Part shown: in pieces, positions 1-12,100 of the stretch | Layout of the letters: each line of letters opens with the position of its first letter | Position numbering within the stretch: position 1 is the first letter of the stretch | NCBI GenBank assembly: GCA_037379345.1 | Contig: CM074514.1 | Coordinates: 18,972,001 to 19,036,000, forward strand | Origin: Perna viridis | Taxonomy: Eukaryota | Length of the DNA stretch: 64,000 nt | Direction: 5' to 3' | Position numbers and translations under genes: made by a program | The notes under the pieces: model-generated | Seen by the model: only the letters and a program-made list of their open reading frames with translations | What the model was told of the DNA's origin: nothing | The model's database searches: none

Positions 1-20
1 TATTGTTGAATAATACTTAC

Positions 21-165
21 GAAAACATAGCAATCAATAGATTGACCAATAGAATGTTAGTTAGTACCATGTATACAGCTAGGAGTAAAGGCACTATAGC
101 ATTGATCTCAGGACACCGTGGTAGGGTGCTATTAACACCTGAGGAACATGGAGATGGCACTTCAC
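21..165 (-). CDS. TRPM exon post-filter loop and S6 (C..C..LLLAVYMVLTNILLVNLLIAMF)
   Basis: S6 signature and pore-loop cysteine pair; ctag / gtaagt. Confidence 0.96.
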
Positions 166-3100
166 CTAGAAGAAAAATCGAAAGTAAAACAAAAATCAAT
201 AAAGGAATATCTCTATTGACAGCTTGCTCACTTTTTACTAAAACCCCTATATAACTTGAATGTCCATCTATAAAAACAATAAGAAATGCTCATTTAATTG
301 ATACCCCACTTCCACATTGCATAACATGCACCTTTTGACCTCCATATCAAATCTTAAGAAGAGGGTGCACAATGGTAATACGTAATAAAGATTCTGAAAA
401 CGTTTCAGTTGTGAAGAATGACTTACAGGTAAGAGATAGGTACCAAACATCAGGAATGATTTATTTGCCGACATGATAACTCAAAAAACTTCATATCAAA
501 TTCTACATAAATGCTACACGTAGCCATATGTCCCCCGCCGCTGTAGAAAGAGTTGAATTACAAATATTTGACACGTGTATCAATAGCAGATTCAAAACTT
601 ATGTGCTTTCATAAGTCCATGTGGCGATTCAAGGTTAATGTATCTTAATGAATCAAATTAAGTTAGGTTAAGAATTCTTCATACAACAAAAAAAAATCCG
701 AAAAAAACTAACTTGAAAAATGAACAAAGTCCCATAACTCCAATAAAAATTGTCGAATCAAAATAGCGGTTAAGTATGATCAACTATATACAATGACAAA
801 CAATCCTACAAAATTTTGTCAAATTCCGTACAGCGGTTTCTGAGGAGTTGCGTCCACAAGGTATTCCTATTGCGAATAATGTGAAAAATGAATAAAGTCC
901 CATAACTCCAATAAAAATTGTCGAATCAAAATAGCGGTTAAGTATGATCAACTATATACAATGACAAACAATCCTACAAAATTTCATCAAATTCCGTACA
1001 GCGGTTTCTGAGGAGTTGCGTCCACAAGGTATTCCTATTGCGAATAATGTGAAAAATGAATAAAGTCCCATAACTCCAATAAAAATTGTCAAATCAAAAT
1101 AGTGGCTAAGTATGATCAACTACATATGGTGAAAAACAATCCTACAAAATTTTGTCAAATTCTGTTCAGCGGTTTCTGAGGAGTGGCGTCCACAAGGTGT
1201 TCCTATGCAAATAATGTGAAAAATGAACAAAGTCCCATAACTCCAATAAAAATTGTCGACAAAAATAGAGGACCAAGTCTGTTTGGATCAAAAATTAAAT
1301 TAAGAGGTGCACAATGGGAATATGCAGTAAAGATTCTCTGGAAATTTAATTTAATTCCTTTCAAAGGTGTAGGAGGATGGGTCTCCCCATTTAAAAATGA
1401 CAAAGTCCATGTTAGCTCATGTGAACCCCCCAAACTGATTCAGATCAAAAACTTAAACTTTAGGTGCACCATGAAATAAAGATTCTGAAGTCCATGTGAA
1501 ACAGGTACCCCAAATTAGAGTCACTAATCTATTTTTGGTTGATACAAAAAACCCAAACTTTGTTGGACTAAAAATCAAATCAAAAGTCGCATAATGGCAA
1601 ATGGCATTGCATGATTACATTTCCAAGAACATTTCAAATTAATCAGGTATTTCATTATTCCATTTTTTTAGATAAATAATAGGAACACAATGAAAGGAAT
1701 AATGAAGTACACAAACCTTCTATATTTTCCAGGAACAACTCTCCATACATCTGCCAGTATGGTATGTAGACTATGTCTTTGAGAAGTTTCCAGGATGCTT
1801 CTGAGTTAGGAAACAGATTTGCCTGGTATGTAACTCCAAAACTCAATACAAACACAGCTAATATCATAAAGAAGAACTGTATATCAGTTATCTGAAATGA
1901 GAATCAAAAAACATTATAGCAGAAACTACATGAAAAGAGAGCAAATCTGCATACTCAGTCAAAGTAACTTTCAACTTTACTACATGGCCAAAGTTTGAAA
2001 AATATTGCCATGAATGACAGGCAAAGAACACAAAAAAGAGGGTATCTAATGGGGCATTGAGTCATACACTCACCACTGATTATGATACATTTTGACAAAT
2101 CCTCCAAAGATGTCTTATTAACAAGGGTCATTGGTATTCAATGTTTCTAATTAAAACACCTTGACATCTTTGTCTATCTAATTTTAAAGCAAGATGACTG
2201 CATTATATTTATGTTCTTTCTAAATAACCACAAAATAATACATACCATTCTCCTTATCATGATAACTTTTGGCCCAATGTTCTTTTCTACAAAGAAGAAC
2301 TGCATGGTTCTCATTATGTACATAGCCAGGGTTATACTATATGTGATCCTTGCCCATACAAAGTCTGCCTCTGATAGAGAGAACCTCAGTATAAAAGATG
2401 TTAGGAACAGTATATACATACACAGGTCAAACTTATTCCAAACACTACCCCACCAGCTCCGTAGTTTGTACAACAATGATAGCTGCTCCTTCATTAAAAT
2501 CTATGAAATTACATAAAATCAAAACCATATATGAGATATCTTGAAATGAATTTGTCTCAGGTAACTCAATTACAAATTATAAAAAGTATTTTTAAAAGAT
2601 ACTTCCATTAAATTATCAGTAGTAATGAATTGGTAATCAGATATGAACTTCACACATAAAATAATTAACAAAAAAGTCATTTACCCTTGTAAATGTATAA
2701 GATTAATAATGAAAATGGCCATAAATGAGACAAAACATTTTCTTTCAAATTCAAATGTACTCTCAGAAAACTTTACCAATGGAGTTACAAATAAATTCAC
2801 TTTTTGTTTTGTACTTTCCAAATATTCTGCAATCACTGCAAAAGTGGATTGTTTGTAGAAGTGGAGTCTACAAAACTCTACATCATCACTTCTATGTTTC
2901 ATTAAAATCAATCTATGGCTTAAAACACATATAACGTGATGAGCTAATTACTAAATACTAGCATGCATATGATTTGAGAAAAACTATAGGATCCATATTG
3001 CATAAGAATTTCCACAGTGCGAGATCTGAGCTCTTCACTTGAGAGGATTGCAGAGTTTGAGTTACCTACAGAAATATCATATGATTAGAGTGCTTTCTTT

Positions 3101-6100
3101 GTTCTTATTTTTTTCCTTATAACTAAAATCTGAATGTCATTATCTAGATAGTATAAATAACTTGATTCAGAAAAAATGAGTGTAGTTTCTGTTATGAAAT
3201 TTGTAAAAAAAATAATAATAATTTGAAATGAAAAGGCATGAAACTGCTCATCAGAAATTAACTGACACCAAGTAGCTACTTAAATATTAACAGTTTTCCT
3301 CTTGATATCTAATAGTTTCTTGAAATAATGACCATTCAGAACTTTGGTAACAAGTAATATTAGCCTTTACTCTAACACAGCTTACTATTTAGCAGTTATG
3401 AAATTCAATTATTTTAATTCAAATGTGTCAAGTTAGTTGGTATAAATTAGGACTTAAAAGCAAAAAACTTGTCTGGAAAACAATTTTTTTATCTGGATAA
3501 TTTTCTTAATAAAACTAGAGGCCCTAAAGAACCTGAATTGCTGACCTGGCTTGATAAGTTACATTCCACTTTTCATAAAAGTGGAAATGTTTTTTCTTGG
3601 ATAAAAAATCCCAATGCTCATTCCTAAGGAACAATCAAATCAACTTTCATTGGATTCTGTCCTGTAGTTTCACGGGAGAAGAAGTTTGAAAGTAATAAGG
3701 TAACATCACAAAAAGTAACAACAACAACAACAAAAAAAGGGCAATAACTCCAAGATGGGCAAACAGATTTCTCCCAAAAATTTTACAACAGCTCATCATG
3801 TTGAACACTTTACAATACATTAGATTTAGGCATAACTTAACAGTTTTGGAAATATATGCAAAGCACTGACCACTTTGTTCTATTTTTTTAAAAATCTCCA
3901 CACCAGTTCAAGGCAGAATATCTGGTAAAACATTCATACTGTACCAATTTTGGTTCTAATTAGTCTAGTAGTATCAGAGGGGAAGAGTTTTGAAAAATTG
4001 TTAACAAGGGCAGTGATAATGGATGACATCAGACACCAAGTGAAGACAATAGATCACCTGGCACTTAATACACACTTCAATCCAATGACACATTACATAT
4101 CCCATCAAATGTGTGGATGGCTAAACAGCAGTATACCATAAAAAATCCATCAAAAGATGGGTGTATAAGGATGAAAAAACTTGCTGAAAATGTCAACTGT
4201 GAAATCCAAACACTGTGAATAGTATCTTTTAGATAGGGATGACCATTAAACTATTGAAGCTAAGAAGGATAGTTTCCTTGTGATAATTTTTTAACAAAAT
4301 ACTGTTTTCTGGTGTTCTCTGTCAATACTTCAAATCAAGTACTTTATCATATTTCATGAAATCCACAATTACAAAACATGTAAATTAGTCTTTTTAAAGA
4401 ACTGAAAAAGGTTGAGGTACATTTCTGGGTGAAATAGGCCACCTTATTTGTGTGAAAAATTGATGTTATACTATAAACAAACATGCTGATCACAAGTGTT
4501 TGACATAATATTTATTTCACTATACTTAATGAACAATCATTACTTTCAAAAACTATTTCATTACTATCAAAACTAACTAAAAAGATGGTAAGATGGTAAC
4601 ATCATGGAACTACTTCAAATTCGTAACAAACATACAAACTGGTATCATTCAATTACCACGTTTGGAAATTCCCACTACTAGTATTTGAGGGCCAAAAACA
4701 CCCTAAGTGTACCTTGTTTCTAAGATTACAGCTATAACATTGTTAACCAGATTTTCAGTTTCACACCAGAAAATAGCAATGATAGAAAAACTAGCTTCCT
4801 TTATTTGGCAATATACAGGTGGTCCAAATAGTTTACCCCATTCCTTATTCTGATACGACCACCAAAGAGTCCAATCTAGGATAATAATAAGATCGTTTTA
4901 ACAGTTCTTTTTTTTTATTATTATTACCATACAATTTACTATGAATTGAGAAAAAAAAGCAGTAATCATTTATCATTGTGATTTTGTCATTAAAGACCAA
5001 AAAGATTATTTTATCATTTGCAACATAAAAAAAAATTCAATCATATTAAAAATTGTGGAATTCAGTGTTCTTGTCTTTAAGGTCGTTCACATTTTTATAA
5101 AAAAAAAATCATAAAAATATTTCTGTTTTACCTCTCATAATAGACAATGCACATAGCAAGATGAAAGATACTATTACATGCACATGTTGTACATTTGTAG
5201 ACAACATGAGAGGATAAACATGAAGTTGCATACATTGTTGTGCTAAGTATATCCCCATTTGTACCGGCAGTTGATATCCTGGAGCAATCATATCACTTAA
5301 CACATATGGCCCATCTATATTAAGCCGCTCACCACATTTAAAATAAATCCATCCATTAGTAGCAGAGATTTTTGTGATGAAATTTTTCTCTATTATTCAA
5401 TAAAGTGAAAAATGGTGAAGTACCATGAAACAAGAAGTTGATATCTGACAGCACCAAAGATCTCTAACAATATATTCCCCATCTTTATGTAGCTGTTCAC
5501 CAAATATGAAATCAATCCTTCTATTTGGAGCCAGGATAAATACAATGAAACTTGGACGGATGGAAGGACAAAGCCATTATACCACCCATTTATTGATTTG
5601 AAATGAAACAAACCAGTCAACAGAGACTTTGTAAGGAGAACATACTTAACACACAATAATGGAAACAAAAGAATGATGCTTGTCTCAATTTTAGTATATA
5701 TTTCTTAAGTGGATTTAAGATGCTAGAACTTAAGCCCTTATTCTAATTTTACTCTGTTCCTATTACAAACTACACAGCAATCTGTTTTCCTTGAAATATT
5801 GAAATATGTAATAATCACCTAAAGTTCAATTAATAAAAAACTTGAAAAACTGTGAGCAATGCTCAGAAACTTCACCCATTTGATAACATGCATAAGGATT
5901 CTGTGAACGTCTTATTACACTCTTACTGAATGGTGTAGGAGGAGTATTAAATAAGAGATGGGTACCTCTCTCTGAAAGGAAGAATAGACACCCCTATCAC
6001 TATATACCCCCAAATGCAGAGGTATAAACACAAAATATGGTTGTTGAGCAAAATCAATCACTGACAAAAACAGAGTAAAACTCTAAAAACCATTATAAAA

Positions 6101-9100
6101 TATGTACTGGTACTCTGGGGTCCAAATTAAGGTGGTTTGTGGTCAGGAACCCTCAATTTCTGACCTCAGACACTCTGAAATTTCATTTACCAAATGAAAT
6201 CCTGGACCTTTAACCCTTTTTATTGAAACTTTGTTGTGGACTTTTGTTTTTTTCAAGTACACAATTGATTTCAAATTTACAAAAGTCTAAGCCTTCCACT
6301 GATGAAAGTAAATTTGAACCCTTGTAAAACAATTTTAGATAACATGCAATTTTTAATCTAATCTAGTCAGATGTAGAACTGAAGAGCTGTCAAATCAGTT
6401 TTTGGTGTACTCTAAGCCGATAAAATCTGTTTTAGTGTGAAAACTTAAATTCATTAACTTTTTGACAAATTTATTTTACATCGGTAAAACAAAAAGAACA
6501 TTATTGGCAGTATTCTGTACATGTATGTTAGTCAGTTTTGAAAACAAGCAGAAAAGTGAACCTAAATAGTCTGTTCTGATTTAAAGCTAACCTGCCTAAC
6601 TTCCTCTGCTACCATGGTAATGGTCCATCCCCATGTGATGTACTCATAAACAGATATAGGCTCTTTAATGGAGTGGAGGTCAGTCAGGACAAAGAAAGAA
6701 AATATCCCTAAGAATATCAAATAGGATATCTGAAATAAAATTTTAACAAGAATATCAAATAGGATATCTGACATAAAATATTAACAAAAACATCAAAGAG
6801 GATATCTGAAATAATTCATTAACAATTAAAGATCCTTTCTGAACAAACCCACCCCCCCACACACACACACACACAATCCCTTATTTCCAAAAACTTAAGT
6901 CCCTATACCCATATAAAAAGTGGTCCGTCCCCTTTAACTCATTTCTGTGTAAATCAACCCTATCCATGCATTAATAGCAACTAACCATTCACAAAAGTTT
7001 GAAGAGGTCCACAAAAAAATAGAGGTGCTATACAGGTGACAAGCCTAAATCACTGAATCCTCCCTCCCAAAAATGTGGTTCCCTTTGACTGCTTTGTGTA
7101 AAAATCAATCTAACACAAGCCTTTATAGCTACTATCCACCAAAGTTTGAAAGATATTGGTTAAAATATAAAAGCGCTATCAAGGGGACAACAAGTTGTGA
7201 CTGACAGACAGACAGACTGACAGGTCAAAAACATTATACCTCAGCAACTTTGTTCCATGGGGTGTAACAAGAAAGTGATTAATATTTTCATTAAAAAATC
7301 ATAGGACCATCAAACTGATAATAAATGGTTTCCATCTGGCAGCAATTTTCAAATGATTTGATTTGATTAAAATACGCTTATCTCATTGGCTTAACACGTG
7401 ATGTTTTTTGAGTAAATGACACATATCATCAAACTATTTACATAGGCCACGCACACAATTAAGTGGACTACTGTAAACATATTAATTTTCACAGATTATG
7501 TCAAGGGGACATATTCACAGGTATCAATTTTTTGCGGTTTCAAAAAACAATTAGCCTTATAACGTGTTGAAAACCAATATCACGGGTACTATTTTTGATG
7601 GTTTTCTGTGCACTGCAAAAATAGCAAAAATTAATATGTTTACAGTGCTTTAATTGATCACTGTGTATTGCCTATTCTCTAAATATGTCTATGTTTGTTT
7701 GTTTGTTGGGGTTTAACGTCCGAACAGCAATATTTCAGCTATATTCAGACGATGAACATGAAATTGAGGATAAAATGAACATGAAAACATGATGAAATGA
7801 AAAAGGGATGGGACACAAGGACAATGGGGTCGACAAATTTTGATTGCCACTGGAAATAGGGAGAGGTGGGTAGGGTCGGGCAATTTAGCCTCCTGTGGCG
7901 GAGCCCTATGGTTCCTACTCCAGGAGAATACCACAGTAGGGTTCCTTAACGTGCGAAGAAAATGGCATCTTTCCCAACACGGTGCACCACTATGGTTTGC
8001 GGTCAGGTTTTCTGTATTATAGCCTGACAACCCCAGCATGTAACAAGCCAGGGGTACCCCATTCAACCACCTGGGGCACACATCCCAGTTACTCTGTGGG
8101 CAGAGTGCCCTAGCCCCCAGCTAAGGTTTTGAGCACTATTTAGTCGCCTTTTACGACAAGCTTAGTGCTGCTGCAGGCCTATTCTTTTAACACCCGGACC
8201 TGCACGGGTGCTAAATATGTCTAAAATATAGTCTAAAATATAATATAACTTTGTCATTCAGTTTTAGTCATCTTTGACTCCTATTCTAATTAGAAAAGTT
8301 CAATCCTTATAGCCAAAAAAGTGCCCCCTCTTTGACCAATTTCAGTAAAAATCAATCACATTCAATATTTTCTTGCTACTAACAATTTACCAGAGTTTGA
8401 AAGAAATCAGTCAAAATATGAATGCCCTTTCCAGGTGACAAGGCTCAATCATTCCTTTTTAACTAAAACCCCTTTAAAAAAGTGGCCCTACCTTGACTGA
8501 TTTCAGGGAAAATTAATCCCATCCAAGCTTATAAAGCTAATATTTATTCACTTAAGTTTGAAAGAAATTAGAAAAAAATGGAGACCCTATCTGGGCAACA
8601 AGAAGTTATGATGGACAAATGGGTGGACAGATAAAAAACATTATAACCCTGTAACTGGTTGTGTGGGGTAGAATTATCCTGACCAATATCCTTGTACTTG
8701 TGGTAATGAACTTAATGTTAAAATTTCAAAATCAAATATATAAAAAGTAAAGCATAAAGGTATTCTGTTTTCTCCTGAAAATTATTTTATAGTGTTTTAA
8801 GGACATTTAAAATAATGCATTTTTTTACATTAACTCACCAAATAGATCCAAAATTTAGTAACAGGAGCAGTATAGAAGTAATATATGGCATAAGGAACAC
8901 TAATAGTTTCATTGTCATCACTACATGCAAACATTTTCACTTTGTAAAATTTCCCTTTTTTTTTCTCTTTCTTTTCACTAGATAATATTTGGTTAAGATT
9001 AGTTTCTGGTTTGACTTTATTTTCCAGTAGATGAGGGTCTCCATGCATGGCATATTCTTCTTCAAAAATCTCTTCATCTTCTTTATCAACTTCTTCTCCT

Positions 9101-12100
9101 GGAGCTTTACTGGTGCTAAACTTGATGGCTGGGATCAGGAATGGAATGAAAATGCTAATTATAATCTATAAAGAAAAAAGTAATGATATCACTACAGTTC
9201 AAGACATTCATAATCAGCCAATTTACTACATCTAAACCTTTGAAGTATGTCAGAGAGTATAAGTACAAACGTGTTCACCAAATCTGCAATTTGTAATATT
9301 TTTAAACATTTGACCATTTATAGTTAACATTGTACATTTACCAAAATATTGAAAAACAAAGTGAGCACTAATTTAGAATTAAATATGCCGGTAATATCAT
9401 GCCACGTTTTCTCAAGTTGATACCAAGGACTAGTGCCTACCTTCAGAGTAGAAGTATATAGAGCCATTCTGCCCTTCCATATACTGTTGAGTTTGGCCTG
9501 ACAAGCTGTCTGACCCATAAAGTCCATTAACTCATTTGAGTCAGCCAGGGTAAAGTGAGTAGTATTACCATACTGCTCAACTGTATGCACTAACAATGAC
9601 ATGGCTAAATGTCTATTCTGGACGTAGCACTCGGTGATCAAACTACAGGCTAACTGCTCATAATACCTGGGGGAAAGGGCAACATACTATCAAACGTATA
9701 TATAGACAGTAAGATATAGATAATAGAGAAATATCTACAAGATCCAAGCAGTCATATCAAAACAATAAAACTAAGGTAACAGGCGCGGATCCAAGGACTG
9801 GCATACTGGGCGTACACCCCCCCCCCCCCCTTACACAAGTTTCACCCAATAATATTTTTTGCCTTGCTTTGCATGGTATTTAATTCAATTTACGCCCTCC
9901 CTAAACTCAAATCCTGGATCTGCCCCTGGATAATTTCTTGCCTTTAACATGATGTATGACTCACATAAAAGGATAAGCTCTTGTATTAGGCTTTGCAAAC
10001 AGTCAAAAATGTTGTACAAAACCAATTAACATAAATTTAGAGAATAAAGAACAATAATGACAATAAGACTACATGTAATTAGGACAAAAACTTTTATTGT
10101 TTTTTTTTCTTATCAAATACAGTCAAATTTTGTTATTTCAAGTTCACTGGGCTGAACAACTAATTTGAGATCTATAGTTTGACTAAAATCGAAACTAGAT
10201 TTGTACACTGTAGAAATTTAAGACATATAACTGACTATAGTCAATTAGAGAAAGGCCCAAAGACTTACTTGGAATTCTCAAGGAATGAATTACTGAGTTC
10301 AATATCTTCATCTGAGTCTGCTATCCTTGCTAAGGCTTTTGTAAGTGAACTGGCTAACAGAGCTGAACCTATTCAAAACATTTTAAAAAAGACAGTAATT
10401 TTTATAGGAAATCATTCTAATTTGCATTCCAAATTATACCAGATTTAACAAATTAATGTACCTTTCATATCTTTCTATGAAGAATATTCTTAAACTGTTT
10501 TCAGAATTTTTAAGAGAACCATTTGATCTGTAAAGAACCCATGTACTTGAACTCATGACTCCTTAAAATTGGATATTTATTGTATTTGGGGGGAAAAAAA
10601 GATATTGGTGAAAATGTAACTTTACTTTGTCATCCCAAACATCATATTAAAATTTGAAAGCAACTGACTAAATACTTTTCAAATTTTTGAATGGACAAGG
10701 TTCAAAACCCCAATTTTCCATAACAAAACTGGCCACCACTTGGAAATGAAAAAAAACCTACATTTGTGAAAATGTAATTTTAGCTTTATATTGTCATCCC
10801 AAAAAATCCTTCTAAATTTGCAAGCAATGTTTGTCAAGTTATTGACCAAAAACATTTTTGCCAGCTTGCCACCATATATACCCAAACTTATAACCGATAG
10901 TTTCCATCTAAAAAATCCAGTTAAAATTAGTTACCTGGTTCATTTATAACACTGATGTCAGAATAATAATTTCTATTAAAAGTACAGAGTCAATTTCACT
11001 CTTAACCTCAGCCTACGTTTGCTTCTAAAATCAGGTCTCCAACTAATGAATGTCCTCACCTATTCCAATCATACCTATTGTCTGCCTGAAAATCTGGTGT
11101 CTTTTACCTGTTTTCTTTAGTACCTTAAGCTCTGAATATAACCTCATCTTTGAAAATGTAAAAATGTAATGTTAATTGAGTAGTAGGCTTACAGATGTAG
11201 TCTTTTCCTCTTTTCCAGAACAACATGGCAATTTCCTTTCTATTCATTATGACAGCCCAGAGAAATATATCACGATTTGGGTCTTTAAAGCCAGACTGGA
11301 TCTGAGATCTGTGCTTAGTATAGGCAACACTCCTTCTTCCTGCAAATTAGATTGGCTTCAATTGATACAGGAATATTTGTGTAACAACAGATCTTTTTTC
11401 AATGTGTTGCCAAAAGTAAAAATAAAAATGCGGCTTTTCATATTTTGAAGGTAGAAGACATTGATTAAATTTGATTGATTAATTTTAGTTTAACATGCTA
11501 TGGCAATCAAGAAAACCTGGCTTTGCACTAGTTTGACACAATGAGCTTCCTTTGGTATCCTTTATGGTTTTCAATTAGCCACAGTGTTAAGACATTGATC
11601 TTGTTATAGGATCATGAATTCTAATGACATTTATTTCCAGGTTTTTAGATTTTAATGGTGCTTACTGTTACTACCCATATTGTACACTGGTAAAAATGCT
11701 ACACATATTGAGTGACAAATGCATTTCATGTGCATGGCACACACATGTGAAAGAGACATTTCATGCCACAAATGTTGAGTAACACATGTTTCATGTGCAT
11801 GGCACTCATGTGAAAGACATTTCATGCCACACATGTTGAGTGACACATGCGTTTCACGTGCATGTCACACACATGTGCAAGAGACATTTCATGCCACACA
11901 TGTTCAGTGACACATGCATATCACATGCATGTCACACACATGTGAAAGAGATGTTTCATGCCATGCATGTGAAATACCTGTTTTACATGCATTTTTAGGT
12001 ACATGTGTGTGGCATTTATACCCTAGTAGACATTACTTACTTTCAGCATCTTCTGCTTTAATGTAACCAAAAAATGGCCTCTGATTTTGTCTCACTATGT

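Noticed and set aside
715-1262. CRISPR-like array
   Set aside because: Eukaryotic intron; units are contiguous 168-bp repeats with no unique spacers and no cas genes.
7713-8081. 122-aa ORF
   Set aside because: Entirely within the TSD-flanked SINE-like insert; no domain similarity seen.
8131-8210. Assignment of the SINE head to the HDV-like, twister, pistol or hammerhead classes
   Set aside because: Helix order and core nucleotides could not be matched by eye to any of these; left unassigned.
11652-11846. Cys/His-rich ORF resembling a metal-binding peptide
   Set aside because: Translation of the CATG-rich minisatellite.
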